Shown here piece after piece: positions 36,370 to 51,000 of a stretch of 64,000 nt of DNA; the stretch's first letter is position 1, and the number at the start of each line of letters is the position of its first letter. Position numbers and translations under genes: made by a program. Source of the DNA: Pelomyxa schiedti (lineage: Eukaryota; Protista; Evosea). A model generated the notes under the pieces. It had not been told where the DNA came from. It saw only the letters and a program-made list of their open reading frames with translations, and did not search any database. The stretch is taken from NCBI GenBank assembly GCA_020536535.1, contig JAHLWZ010000865.1, forward strand, positions 1-64,000, written 5' to 3'.

Positions 36370-37779
36370 CTAGGATTGGAGCAGAATGGAGCTGAGGGAA
36401 GAAATGCCTTCTTCCAGCAGAGGTGGTGGGTTGTGAGCAAAGCACAACCGGATGGCCGTGGAGTGCAGGGATGAATGATCGGTTGAGCTACGGCACAGGG
36501 AGCCAGGCATCCAGATGACAGGGCCACCAGCACCCCCACGCAGCGCAGTGGGGGGAGTGTGCTCTAGGTAACGGGTGGCAAGGTCCGGCCGCGATATTCG
36601 CAGCCAGAGGAAGTAGCCTCCTTGTGGGGGTACGAAGGAAACTGTGCCGGGGGGGAAGTGCTTGCGAATGGATGATATCATTGTGTTGGCGCTGTGGGAT
36701 AAGATGGAGCGGATCTTGCTTATGTGTTGCTGAAGAAGCCCAGTCGTTATTAGGTATGTTACTATTTGCTCGACAAATGGATTAAGCCCACATCCACTTG
36801 TGACAACCCCACAATTGGTTAACCGTTCCAATAGTTCCGTGCACTGGCTCTGATAAATGTAAGTGGCCGTGAAAGTGACAATATTTGAAAGTGGAGTACA
36901 AACATAGATCCAGCCAAGTCTAAAAGCAGGAGCAAGAATTTTGGAAAAAGAATTTAGGGACACTACATGGGGATCTTCAGGGATATCATAGCACCACAGT
37001 GGAGGCGGTGCCATTGGGCAACCATCAAAGTGCAAAAATTGATACACCTCAATTGGCCACATTACTGATTCAGAAGGATTATGTAATCTTACCTCATCGG
37101 CAAATATGAAGAACTTGTGCTTTTGACTCAGCTTGAGCAGCCTTTCTCTATTCTCGGGGGGAAGGGTAGCCCCCGTAGGATTGTTGAAAGTAGGGATGAT
37201 ATATAGGAAAACTGGAGGCTCTCTCAAGGTAGACATATTACTTTCCAAGTCATCCAAATCAATTCCTGTCATTGGATCAGTTCTCACACTGATGATATTA
37301 AGTCGCAGATCAGAAAATATCTATCTAACTCTATTACTGACAGCAAATGGAGTAGGTTAGTTGATAATAAATGGCCAACCTTCAAAGCATATAAGTACGA
37401 GACTGCTTCCACCAGTATGGTATCCCCTGGCTTTGTGAGAACTGAACACAGCAAGGCCAGTGCATTGGAGACCCCATTTGTAACGAAAACATTTCTTTCT
37501 TCAGGGTGCACTCTGTTCCCTTCCCAACAAGTGAATAAACAGACCAGCCATCAGTTCTAGTGATTTAAAATGCAATTATTCACCTTCTAAATACTCGGAA
37601 TACAGAGATATTATTGCCGAGCGTGTTGATTGGCGCCCTCTGAAGGGACCATATTGCAAGGTCTCATAATCAAGGGGCATAGATGCCAGCGCCTCGCGTA
37701 TGGGTTCTATTGCTGGTGCCAGGAGATCTTCGTGAGGTAGCCCGCTCATCAGGTCGATCGGTGCTGCGGTGCTAGCCAT
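36370..37779 (-). CDS. PLP-dependent aminotransferase class I/II (2-aminoadipate/aromatic transaminase-like)
   Basis: LQYGP, VFVTNGVSNAL, LYIIPTFNNPTG, DEVY, SLNSFSKILAPAFRLGW (PLP lysine), PQGGYFLW, IRLCFA. Confidence 0.92.
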
Positions 37780-37781
37780 CG

Positions 37782-37826
37782 CTAAAAACTGTGATCACTG
37801 AATGTACAGTGCGGATCACAGTTTAG
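37782..37826. promoter_or_regulatory. Short inverted repeat in a divergent promoter
   Basis: AAACTGTGATC-ACTG-aatgta-CAGT-gcg-GATCACAGTTT immediately upstream of the aminotransferase ATG. Confidence 0.45.
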
Positions 37827-37992
37827 AAAGATGGAACGGAGTCATCGGCAAATTCTAAAGTCCGGCCAGACTTGGTATGACCGACTTGTTCGCATCAACG
37901 CCGGAAGACAAAAATAAATAACGAAACATGTTTTCTCAAAAAAGAAATTCCCTTCTTTACCAAAATTTGCAGAAGGGATTTCGCCGGGTGCC

Positions 37993-40501
37993 ATGGAAGC
38001 ACAACTGGCAGCGTACCTCGTCGACAAGCTTCATACTTCACACTGCCCCTCAAACACAACCACTACCACATTGTTCGACCATAAAAACACTTCCAGTCCC
38101 CCCGATAAACAGCAATGCCACTACACAGAAAAACCACCTCCAAGCGATACCAGCCACCTTCCACCCTCGTCCCCACGGTCGGCACGTTCTCTTAAAATCA
38201 GCGCGCGGCGAATCGCTACCCATCAACCCCAAATCGGCCCTACTTTCCACGACCTACAACAATCTCTGGAGGAGTTCCTCAGGTTCTTCTTCGGTTTTTT
38301 TTTCCCCGGTGTTTCTGTGGCGCATATTTGGCGTGTTAACGTTGTTACTATAATGCGTATTCCCAATTGTAATGCGGATGTGTAGGTTCACGAGGGCTCT
38401 GCGTGTACCTCGGGAGGCCCTTGTGTTCGCGTGTATATACATTGACAGATCTTGGGAGAGAGTGGAGTACACTGTTGATACGATCTTTCATTTCGCTCTC
38501 CTCTCTGTTCTAACTGCATCCAAGTAAAAGTTTTCGACTTTTCAGAAATCCTCATTTTCTCTTTTCTCAGGATGGTGATGGAAGATTTTGGTGGATCCTA
38601 CACGGAATTTGCTCGCGTTATCGGTTTAACTGTGCCAGAGCTGAAGATGCTTGAGGTGCGGTTTTTGGCGAGAGCACTCCATTTTGAATGTTGGGTTGAT
38701 GCCGAGTACTACATGTTGTTTAGAGCAGACTTGAATAAGGCCCCAGAGTCAATTGACCTACATGCGTCTTCTAAAAGAATTTCCCAACAGCAACTCGCTC
38801 TGCATCCCTCAGCTTATGCGTTGACAATGGCGTTACTGCCCTTAAATGATGATGACGAATCACAACAATCAAGCGCTACTCCGCCGCCCTCACCGGGACC
38901 AACCTCTAGTATAATTGGCACAGCTTCTACCGACGAACCAACGTCACCTTTTCCGTCATCTCCAGAGAACGGTCACTCAGTCTTATCCACTTTTCATGAA
39001 TCGCCTCCAAGCCCCCCACCACAGCGTGTGTTTTCCCCAAAACACACATACCCTACACACTCTCCTTCTCATCCTGTAGAACACATACCCCAACAATCAC
39101 CACCATCTTCACCACTTCCAAAGTTACCACCTAAACCAACACTTAATCCCACACCTTATCGTCACATTGACCCGCAATCTATGACCACAGGCGCACACCA
39201 CGTTTCTCCAGTTTCCCCTCCGAAAGCAAACGTGTCTAAGCCTATAGCAGTGAAGCAGCCAGCCACTCCTGGTCGTCCCCTGCATATGTGGGCTCAGCAA
39301 CAAGTAACATCCAGCCCCCCACCACTCACTTTATATCGTCCACGCAAAGACGATAACCAAACCTCGCAACCAAGGAGCCTCAGCAGTAGCACCAGTAGCA
39401 CTGATGCTACTCCGCCTTCGTCTAAACCTTCTACCGCACCTCGTAATGGAGACTGTCTTTGCGACTCGGGATTCTCATCTTTCGCTTCTTCTTGCTCCAA
39501 CTCTTCATACTCCTCTACTTCTTCAACTGACGACTTCTCACCCCGGCCTTCTGTGAGTGACGGGTCACCACAGACATTAATTCTCTTTAGAAGCAACTCC
39601 GGCGTCTCTCTGCTTCCGCCGAATCCCCCAAGTGCACCTCAATCCCCTCTTGCTCCACTGCCAGACGCACCATCACTTCGCCCAATGTTGATGCGAACAA
39701 TTCAGGCCAACGCAGCATCTGGAACACCACCTCCTCTGACACTTTATGACACTTCAACGGCAGGTCAGCTTTCCGGATCGTCATTCTCGTCTTTTGCTTC
39801 AACATCTTCCAGTGTTTCTACTTCATCTAGTCTATCTTGCAGTTCACATTTTTCGTGTGAAGAAGGATCTCCAGAGATAACTGCGGATAAACCTCCTCCT
39901 GATGTTGATGGGATTTCTTCAGAGTCTTCAGAATCGTCATCCCTATCTAACCCCACAACGCCCAAACAAGCCAGATACGGAAACAAATCATCCTTCCAAC
40001 TGCCCATCAACCCACACCGACCAGAGTCACCCCTGACCAATCCCTCCCCCCAAAGCCCACACTACCTCACACAGCACCACCCCTCCACTTCTGTCCCCAC
40101 AGATTGGGGGCAACGCCCTCAACTTGCAAAATACCCTCGCACTATCCCTATCCACCTTAACGCCCTCCCTTGGGATTCCAGCACACCGCCAGGCCCCTCT
40201 ACCCCCACCACTCAATTTACCTCCAAACAACAAGACTTCCCCATCCGGAAGCTTCCGCCATAACAGCCAACCACCAACCCACGAATCCTCTCCCGCCTCA
40301 TCTTTTACAACCACTACAACCACATCGCCACCACACACAAACACAAACGCAAACAACAACAACACCAACACCAATCACCAGACCTTCACTCAGCCACGCC
40401 AAAGTGTAGTTGGCCATGGTCTTCAGGTCATCAGTGGTGGTCCCAGTGCGAGGGACTCACCAAGCCGTTCCAATTCCCCGTCACTTAGGAAACACTATTA
40501 G
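37993..40501 (+). CDS. Cyclin (Pho80/Pcl-like N-terminal cyclin box) with a long Ser/Pro low-complexity tail
   Basis: EEFLRF...ALVFACIYIDR...EDFGGSYTEFARVIGLTVPELKMLEVRFL...LHFECWV. 3' end is either 40263 or, via an intron, 40501. Confidence 0.7.
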
Positions 40502-40560
40502 TACTGTACAGTTTATTTAAATAGTTGTGTAAACAGAAAAGAAAGCAAGTGCTTGCTATT

Positions 40561-41821
<1,261 letters not shown>

Positions 41822-41924
41822 TCGCGGTTTCGGATTTTCCTTCCTTGTTTGTTTGTTTTCGATTCGCCTGTTCCTTGGCAAAGAGCAAGTTCCAGGAACA
41901 ACAAACAAAAAACAACCAAGCAAC

Positions 41925-44512
41925 ATGACAACAGAGCAGGGGAGTGGAGACAGGTTGGACCTGTCAAAATGCGTTGTCACGTTCCCTTCTGGTACGTCCA
42001 GTGATAAGATAACTATTCGTAAAACTTTTTTTTTTTTTTAAATTTCCACTGCCGCGTTAGTAATGCTTGTCTCTGCTTGATTTTGTTTCATTATGTACTA
42101 ATGAACAAAGGGAGGAAGGTTACGTACCCCAATCACACCCCACTGTTGGGGGTTTCCCAAGATGCGGAAATGAAGGTAGTCTCACTATTGTTGCTATTAT
42201 TTTCTCTTGCGTGGTGCACGTTTAATCACACGAACTAAACAGAGTGGAGACCGCGTTGTCGTAGCAGCCTCTGTGGAGGGTTTACTGATGTCACTTTCGG
42301 AGACCATTCCTTTTCATTTGGCTTCTGTTGTTCCTGTATTCTGGGATTCTAGTGAGGGTCACGCTTGCCTCAGTAGGACGCTGGGTAATAACTTGTGTTT
42401 CTTTCATTATAACAATTTGTCGTACTTGTTTTCTATTAGGACACCCAAACCCACTCATTATTCGTTAACACCTAAGTCATTTTAATTTGTCTCTTGGGAG
42501 AGTAACTTTTACTTTTTTAGTCTTTGTGCTTCAAATGGCTGTTTTCAAAGAGTTCCATGAATCTTTTCTACTGACTGTTGAACATTCGCTTGGCTCTGTA
42601 ATATCTTCTCCACCTTTTTCCATGTTTCATTTATTTAGGGATTCATGTGTTTGATGGACCATGGCACGACAGTTGCCACACCAGAAATTATTACGAGACT
42701 CTCTAAATGCATGGCATCTCTTGTTGAACAGTCTGTACTCCGCCTTGAGAACGCATACCCTAACTGAAACACTATTGAGGGATATTCCCATCACCATTAC
42801 GAAGTTGAGCCACGCTGAGTCAGAGCTCTACATGAGCGGACGCAACCGACCCTATTCTTTAGCCATGATTCGGGCCTCAAATCAATTCACTGCCAAGTAT
42901 TCATGCTGTGGAGATTTTCTTGGTGTGTCTTGGAAGAAAAATCCCGTGGTTGACATGTGAACAGAAGTCTATCGGAGACCTCTTGGCCCAAGTACAGGGA
43001 TCCTGAAGAGATTTACTTTTGAGCTTCTTCAATATGATGTCGGGTTTGTGCTCCGATTTCCAGACACTACCAACCCAGGAATTCTGCCCACATTTACACC
43101 TGACCCTCGCATAGTTCAAGTTTTCAGTTTCTGACCCACTCTTATTATATTGGCAATTACTTTATTCTTACACACTTACAGAGGAGGGTCATTCCTGGGG
43201 AAAGGTCTTGAGTGTTGCATGTATCGGCCAGTTGAATCAAAAAGTTGTTGCTGGTGATGTAAAGCAATACCTCGCCTTGAATGAAGCTGTTCACAATCAC
43301 AAGATTGTAGAACTCTCTCTCACAATTTCTCAGCGCGTGGCCAAAGGTGTTAAACTTATCCTCATTGCTGGTCCTTCAGCCGTAATCCTCCCTTTTACTG
43401 CTTTCCTAGTGTAATTTTCAACATTAGAGTGGAAAAACAACATTTGCTGCTAAACTTGCACTTCAGCTTGAAATTCTGGGAATAACTCCAACTGTAAGTA
43501 AAACCGTTCCTTTCCCACCATAAATGTATCCCAGATAGTATCAGTGGACAACTATTACAAACCTCATAGTGAAGTCCCACGTGATTCTAGTGGCAATCTC
43601 GATTTTGAGGTGCTCGAAGCTCTTCGCATCGATACCTTGAATGAGCATCTCTTGCAGCTATTTTCGGGAGAAGAGGTTTGTTGTCGTCCCTCTCATTAAA
43701 GTTGACACTGAAAAAGACACAAACGCCAATTTTCGATTTCCACACTGGCAAACCGAAGGCTGCTACCATTCCTCTGACATTACAACCAGGAGGAGTCATC
43801 ATAATGGAAGGGTACAAAAAGATCAATGCAATCTGATAATATAACTTAGACTTTCACAGGATTCACTGTTTGAACGACTGTCTCACTCCAAGGGTACCAT
43901 TGGAATCTAAATTCAAGATATTTCTTGCCCCTTTCACCCAGATGAATCTTGACGAAAGTACTTTCCTGTGTTTAAACTTTCCCTTACAGGCATATATGCA
44001 GGCAATTTTATTCCAAACAGTACTGGACGTCTTATTCGCCGAATTGTACTACTTCTCTTTCATATCCTTTTTATCGTGACCATCCACCAGGTTCGTGACT
44101 ACAACCACAGGGGGTATTCTGCCACAGACACGCTGAACCGCTGGGCGTCAGTGAGGTATTGTCTTGCACCAGTCGAAGCTTTATTTATGTAATAAAATCT
44201 CCTGCAGGAGAGGAGAGGACCTCAGCATATTCCCATTCATGAAAGACGCAGACGTGGTTTTCAATTCAGCCCTGGATTACGAAGTTGCAGTTCTCAAGAC
44301 GTTCTGCAAGCCCTTATTAAAATCTGTGAAGTCAGGGACCCCACCATACAACAATGCCCAGTATGCCACAACTCTCCTCCAATATCATAAGTGACCATAC
44401 CTACAGAGAGCTTCTTGAATTCCTTTCATTTGCGTTCGTTGTACCACACGACAATGTTCCACCCGACTCCCTTCTCCGTGAGTTTATTGGGGGCAGCTTC
44501 TTCCAGGTCTAG
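41925..44512 (+). CDS. Uridine/nucleoside kinase with N-terminal TGS/ThrRS-editing-like region (bacterial type)
   Basis: LILIAGPSASGKTTFA, ISVDNYY, DFEVLEAL, IIMEGIHCLN, VRDYNHRGYSA...RWASVRRGE, FNSALDYE, SLLREFIGGSFF. Confidence 0.88.
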
Positions 44513-44717
44513 GGTGGCACATTTCCCTTGTTTCATATTGTACCTAATGAGGGGCAACTCGAGGGAGTTACAAATCAAAGTTCCCCCAAGAACATACCAA
44601 AACAATTGAAAGGTCCTTTGGGGCCATAGAACCAGTACTTGTTTGTATCAACCACTTTATGGAACCGATAAAAAAGCAAAAGCAAAACAAAAAGAAGGCA
44701 ACGACTGTCGTATCGAC

Positions 44718-47700
44718 ATGAGCGGCATACTAGGGGGAATAGGGGAGGCGCTGGGGGTCACGAGCAGTAGCACGACTCCCAGCGGGGGAGGAGGAGGAGG
44801 CACGGGAGGGAGTGGGACGGGGAACCTGGAGGGGTGGAAGCGTGAGGCCAAGCGCAACTCCACCCACGGGGTGTTGGTCACCGTGAACAACAGCACTGCC
44901 ACCACGTTCGTGGCTGCGGACAGGGCTTGCAGGGTGTGCAAGGGTGGTTCTGTCCCTGGTGCGTCACTGCTTTTTTTTTTTTTTTTTTTTTTTTTTTATT
45001 GTTGTTAGGGGAATTGGGGTTTGGCTCTCCTTGGGCTGATTAACCTTACTTTGGGGGGTTTCCTTTGCAGCCCAGATAATGCCTTTTTCGCAAATACAAT
45101 TGGCAACAGAGAGCGATTCATTTATTGGTGGCAATAAGGGAGTGCTACAATACGAAGCCAAGAATGGAGCTAGTATTTTTCCCCCCAATGCCCCAAGTAC
45201 AACTAAGAGCACTTAGAGATATATTTTGAATGGAACTCTTCATTTCTTGGGGATAAAACAAATTCGGGAAATGCCACTCCCCCCTACAAGTAAATCCTAA
45301 ATATTGCCACTTTTTCTCCCTTCATTTTTTTTCCTTAAAAAGGATTCTCAAGCAAGCTCACACTGAGGGATACCTTTACGAGGTAATATTTACAGTCTCT
45401 GACTCATCAAGTGCAACAGCCTCTCCTAAAGCGTACAGCTCAACAAGTGTTGTTCCGCAACCATCTGTTTTATCTCTAGGTACTCTTGCACTAATCTTAC
45501 CTTTTTAATCTTCTTTTCTTTTAGACTCTAAAGGAGACTTGAAAATACTCACCTGCACACTCGAGGATCTGCCAAGCAAGACTGTTTCTTCTTTTGACAT
45601 TCTTTGGTTTGTGTTTAGGAGTAGGTAGACCCCACTAACGTACCTAGTTTTCAGAAAGTTACGAGTGTTACACAAGCTGATGAATTGTCTCGAAGATTTA
45701 GAACAACCCATCCTCATTATGTTAATCCTCCCACCAAAACTCCCTGCTGACAAAATTTCCACCAGAAATACTCTCCAGAATGTTTACTGTTCTTTTCCAG
45801 GTAATGCAAAGCCATTTGTTTGCTACAATACAATGTTCACTATGTCAAGTAAATTTGGAATTGTACACTTCTGGAAAACTACGTTTTCATCTCTAACTGG
45901 CATTGCAACTGGAAAACCCCCACAAGGTGGGGTTCACTGTTTGAAACTGGACGTTTCTGGAGTTTTTCCAGGATGTTTCTTATACATTTTCCAAGGTATA
46001 TTTCTGTTTAGTATTATTCTTTTTAATTAACTTACAAACCTAGTATACTTCCCCCCATTGGAGGGTCTCAAACCAGGCGAGGATGGGTTGATAATGAGTA
46101 CTCCACAAGCAGTGTTGAAGCAGGAATTGTGCCTGGTAAATGTCTTCTTCTACATGTTACTGCTGTCTCATATATTTTTATTTCTTTTTTACAACAAAGG
46201 TTAATGACTTCTTTTCTGACTGTATGAGAAATGAAGATCAGTTCTCAAGCATTGGTGCACTGGTAGTTGGGGATTTTGGATTCCAGGCATCACTTTGTGC
46301 GTTTTGGCCTTATTCTTTTCAACTTTCGTAAAAAAACCTACAAAAAGTGAAACCTAAGAAGTTACCACCTGAGCAACTTTCATCCTCTTCAATTATTACC
46401 ACACTTTCAAATATTGCCCTAGGATTCAACACCAATGATAATCATATTCACCTTATTTTTCCGTATGTTCCCAAATGCTGTACTGGCTCCTTCCTAACAA
46501 ATATCGTTAAGATATGAAATACAGGAACTTTTATCCACCCAACATATTTTGCCATGCTTTATGGGCTTATTTCGTAGTTATCTAAAACTTCCAAGGGATA
46601 GATCTATGGTTCTATCTCATTTAATCGCCCAAGTTATCAAGGTGGAAAATCAAGCAATAAAGTGTTATTAATTTTCATAGCTTGATGTGCGCAGGCGATT
46701 ATCTGCGGAGCTCAGCGAGTTGCATCGAATCCGCCGGCAACAGTACATCACTGCAGGGCTTGAGCGTCTTAACATTATTGTGCGAGGGTACGATACTGCA
46801 GGACTCATAAGAGAGAAAGATTCCGCTCTGTGGTGTTCAGAATTAAAAGCACTCATTGACACATTTTATGGTAAAGCTGCCTTGGACGACTCTGAAAGAG
46901 CACCTCAATTTGACTTAAGAACGCATTTAGTTCTATGGCCTTTGCTCAGAGCAGTGCAAAGGTATTTCCTTTCTTTGATGTAAACACATCCCCCATAAAC
47001 TTGTCTGCCCTGAAGGAGTCTCGGTGTCACACTGACGGCTTCAGCTGAAGTACAAGCACTCAAGAGCCCAGGCACAGAACTATTTGGACCTGACAGCATT
47101 GAAGATGTGACAATACCGTCACTATACCTCGATCCACTGGACTACTCGCTCTTCTTGTCTCCCCTCGGTTCATCTGCATCCACAATAGCCTCGTCAGCCA
47201 CAGCCTCAGCCATAGGGTCACCCATTCCCATTGCCATCATAACACCGCCTTCACCCACAATTTCTGCCAGCCCCCTTTCCACGTCACCCGCTAACCCTCC
47301 CACCGGATACTCCTCCGTTACGCCCCCGCCCTCCCCCACCATTTCCTCCACCCCCACCGCCTCCTCTAGCCTGTCCTTTTCTTCCTCGCCAATCACAGCC
47401 ACTACTACAAACAGTATCAGTAGCAGCGGCACTGCCTTCCGCTCTTCGTCCTCCCCGTCGTTATTATCCACGGCCACAATTCCAAAATGCACCAAGTTCA
47501 CATCGGCATACCTAACCACCCTCGATGCACTCAATGCCCGTAATCTCACCTACACTGAACCCAATCGTTACTCATCATTCTCGTCCTCAACGTCCTCCTC
47601 GTCTGCTGCCTTATCTGCTTCCACATTCTCGTCCTCGTTCTCCTCCTCCTCTTCTTCCTCCTCCTCCTCATTGTCTGTACAATCCCACAATTACAGTGTA

Positions 47701-47877
47701 GCTCCGCCGGTGCCCACGTGCCATGTGCTGTGCCTCGACAGCGTTCATCACTTGCAGGATAGAAAGCAATTGGCTTATATAGAGGCAACTGAGGCATCAC
47801 CTTTCCTGCCTGAGAGGAGCAGATCGTGCGGTGTTTCTTTGAACTTCACAATCACCACAAGGACCCAAAGGAGTTGA
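44718..47877 (+). CDS. Hypothetical protein: aegerolysin/ET79-like N-terminal domain plus degenerate EEP-like domain
   Basis: VLVTVNNST...GNWG..P..QIMP...LATESDSFIGGNKGVLQY...IYFEWNSSFLG; later GGVHCLKLDV and ALVVGDFG; Ser-rich insert near the end. Internal exon joins partly uncertain. Confidence 0.45.
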
Positions 47878-48050
47878 CGTCTCAGTCTACCAATTTTTGT
47901 TTGTATAACCAGATTGATCCATCAATCAAATCAATCCAACTTGAAAAAAAGAAGAAAAAATATCGGGGAGTGACACTGGAACCCGGACAGACAGTGCAAT
48001 AAAAGGATTAAGAGCAAAAGGACAAAAACAAACAATAGTTGAGAGCACCG

Positions 48051-51000
48051 ATGTCGAGGACACTGGAGCGTGTGTCGAGGTATTTGACCACAATCCAAAC
48101 AGGAAGATTGGCAAAAGAAAGAAAGGTTGAGTTCCCTTTTTTTTTTTTTTTTTAAATGGTTCCGCCTTAAACATGAGACTCGAACAGGAGGCATTGACTG
48201 GATTGTGCGCGTGCATTGAGACGAAGGGTGTGCAACAAGAGTTGGACAGTTCTACTGATGGAAAACTTTCGCAAAATGGGGATGAAATTGGTGTGTGAGA
48301 TTGAGCTCAAACGGTTGTATTTTCGAGGTTGGACCTGATTGAATGTGCAGAGCTTCCAACCTGGGATACACTCATTTCTGTATTGCTGTTGTGTGCGAAC
48401 ACCTCTCCTCAGGCAAAAGAATATCCAGAAGCAATTGTGAATGTGGTTTCCAAGGCTGATGAAAGTATACTTGACTGTTGTGGACATTTGTGCTATTTCA
48501 ACACTACATTGTAGGGGGACCGCGTCTCTTTTTGTGCATTCGGGAACTTCACCAGCGTATTGCCGCTGTTCTCTTGGATTCTGAGTCCCGTGGCGCTACT
48601 CCTACACAATCCAGCTCCAAGAAACGTTCCACTTCTGGGAGTGATGACATTTCTAAGTGCTACCTACATATTTTAGAGGAGGTCAGCAAGGTGCCTGGAT
48701 ATTGTCATGTCATGCAAAAGGAAACATTTTCAAGTTGCTTCAGTGATCACTTCTGCTTTCTGGATCTAATAGTCTTCTGCAGAATTCCTACAGTTCTTCA
48801 CAAGACGGCTCCTTTCACAAACCTCTGAAGCGAGATATGTGCACGTTTTCAGTGTTCTCGTTTGTGCTTATCCATTTGACCTGATGCCGTTTACACATTC
48901 TCTCCTTACATTCCTTGTGGATTTTTTTGATACATACCCGTACTTCTCTTGTCACATGCGAAAACTTACTCAGTAAAAAAAAAAAAAAACCAAAGACGCA
49001 CACAATTTGGAGTCCCCTTGATGACTATGCTTAACCACATCATCGCGTCCTGCGGCATCAATATTATTCAACAGTCACGAGAATGCATGCTTAAAATTTT
49101 TCCATATCTTCTTAAGAATTTCTCTACATCTGACTCTATACTGAAGGTCCACTTAACCCTCCTTTGTTACGGACTCAACCTTTATCAGGGCAATCTAATA
49201 ACTTTCTGCCGAACCCAAGTCCGTCTCCATCGCGAATATTCTGGAATTGTGACCCCGATTAAAGATGCCGAAAGCTTAGTAGAAGTGATTATAAGTGATC
49301 TGAATCAAACGAGGTTCAACAACCTCTGATACTTTTTTCCTCAACATCACAGGTATCTCTCAGTGGAAGCTCCACATTTACCACAGCTGGTTGATTTGGC
49401 TTCCGACTTGCTTGTACAACTTACGAAAGTACAAAGTACCTCAAAAAAAAAATGATACATTCATCATCACCAGAATTCTCAAGTGGAATCAGACCAGCCT
49501 CTCAATATAAAACGCAAGTTTCTCGAACTGCAGGACTTGGAAAGAGATATTAGGGAACCCAAAGTCTGGTAAGAGTTTTCTGTGATAGCTATATTTAACG
49601 TCAAACAAGGTTACAACTTATGACATCTCTGTTAACTAAGTACCCAAATTTGATATCTGTTTCGTTTTCCATAAGAGTTCTGGGCCGAATATGTGACTTC
49701 ATGGAGAAGTTGCCAAGTGATCAGTTTGTTCCTACAACAACCCAAATAAGTAATAGCAACCAATGTCTACAGGCAAGACACAATGGATTGGACATTAAAA
49801 TGTCTGGAAGCTTTGGCTAAAGTGTCTTCGCCTTTCACAAAACAGGACAGTCGTAACCTAGCCACTACACAACGTCGTCCCAGTTCAGATAATCTTATAT
49901 CCTCAACACCTCTTACCGCCGCAAATGCCCTTCCCTCTCCATCAAATGATAAGTCCTGGAAGCATGTAATTTCCATCACCCTCCCCTTTATTCATAATCG
50001 ATGAACAGAAAAACAAAATTAACAGATTTGGAGATTGCTTCTTCATGCACCCGACAGAGCTTTGCAAGTGATGACAGCCATAGTCAATTTTTCGTTGATA
50101 GACCCCACATTTTTTGTGAGTTCCAACGACATATGGAAATCGGCATTTTTTACTTCACGACCTTGCTCTGAGTTTGTTCACAAGAGATTGACTCAATAAT
50201 ATCCTGACTAACAAGTGTATTAGCAACTCATTGACATTCCTGCTCACCTTCATGAAGTGTCATGACTTGCCTGTAGGAAGTTATTTTTTCCTCCCCTCTG
50301 GTTGATACTTTCGTAGAAGTTAATTACAAGCGAATCTGGCACAGCTCGTTCGCTGAGACAAGAGCTCATCTCATGGATTTTGAAACCAATGATCCCAAAA
50401 GTATCTAGCTGCTTCCTCCGTACTCCACTAAGATGCCTAGAAACCAAGTACTATAATGGAGCCAATAACTGGGTTGAAAAGAAATCTTCGTGTGTGGCCA
50501 AGTCCTAAGCTGCTTTCTACCACCTTATACCTTCTTTTCACTCCTGGCATTCCTCCTTCATTACTTGAAACGTCCCAAGTACTCCATCCCTTATTCTCGT
50601 CTTATGTTTACTGACACCACAAGAATGAAAGATTTGCAACTCCACTCACTTCTGTTGAAGGGACCCTTTCTCAGATTGAAGGTGGTCTCACTTCCTCTCT
50701 TGAAATTCTTTTACATTTATACAGAGTCCCGAACTTTGTATCCTACAAACGATTTCCGCAATAAGGGTTTCCTTCAGGTGCAAATTTCCCAAGGCACCTC
50801 TTTAAACCAAATCCCCTCTGAAATGCAGCTTTCTTTGTCAGGGGTACTGCAAAAACACGTTTTTTTTTCATTTAACTTTTTTTAGTTGTGCAATACACTA
50901 CTTATGAAAAGATTTTCAAGATTGGTTTTACAAGAACAAAGTATACAGGAGACAAAGGTATTTATTCTATCTGTGGAAAGTGCCACTGACTTCTGGAGAA

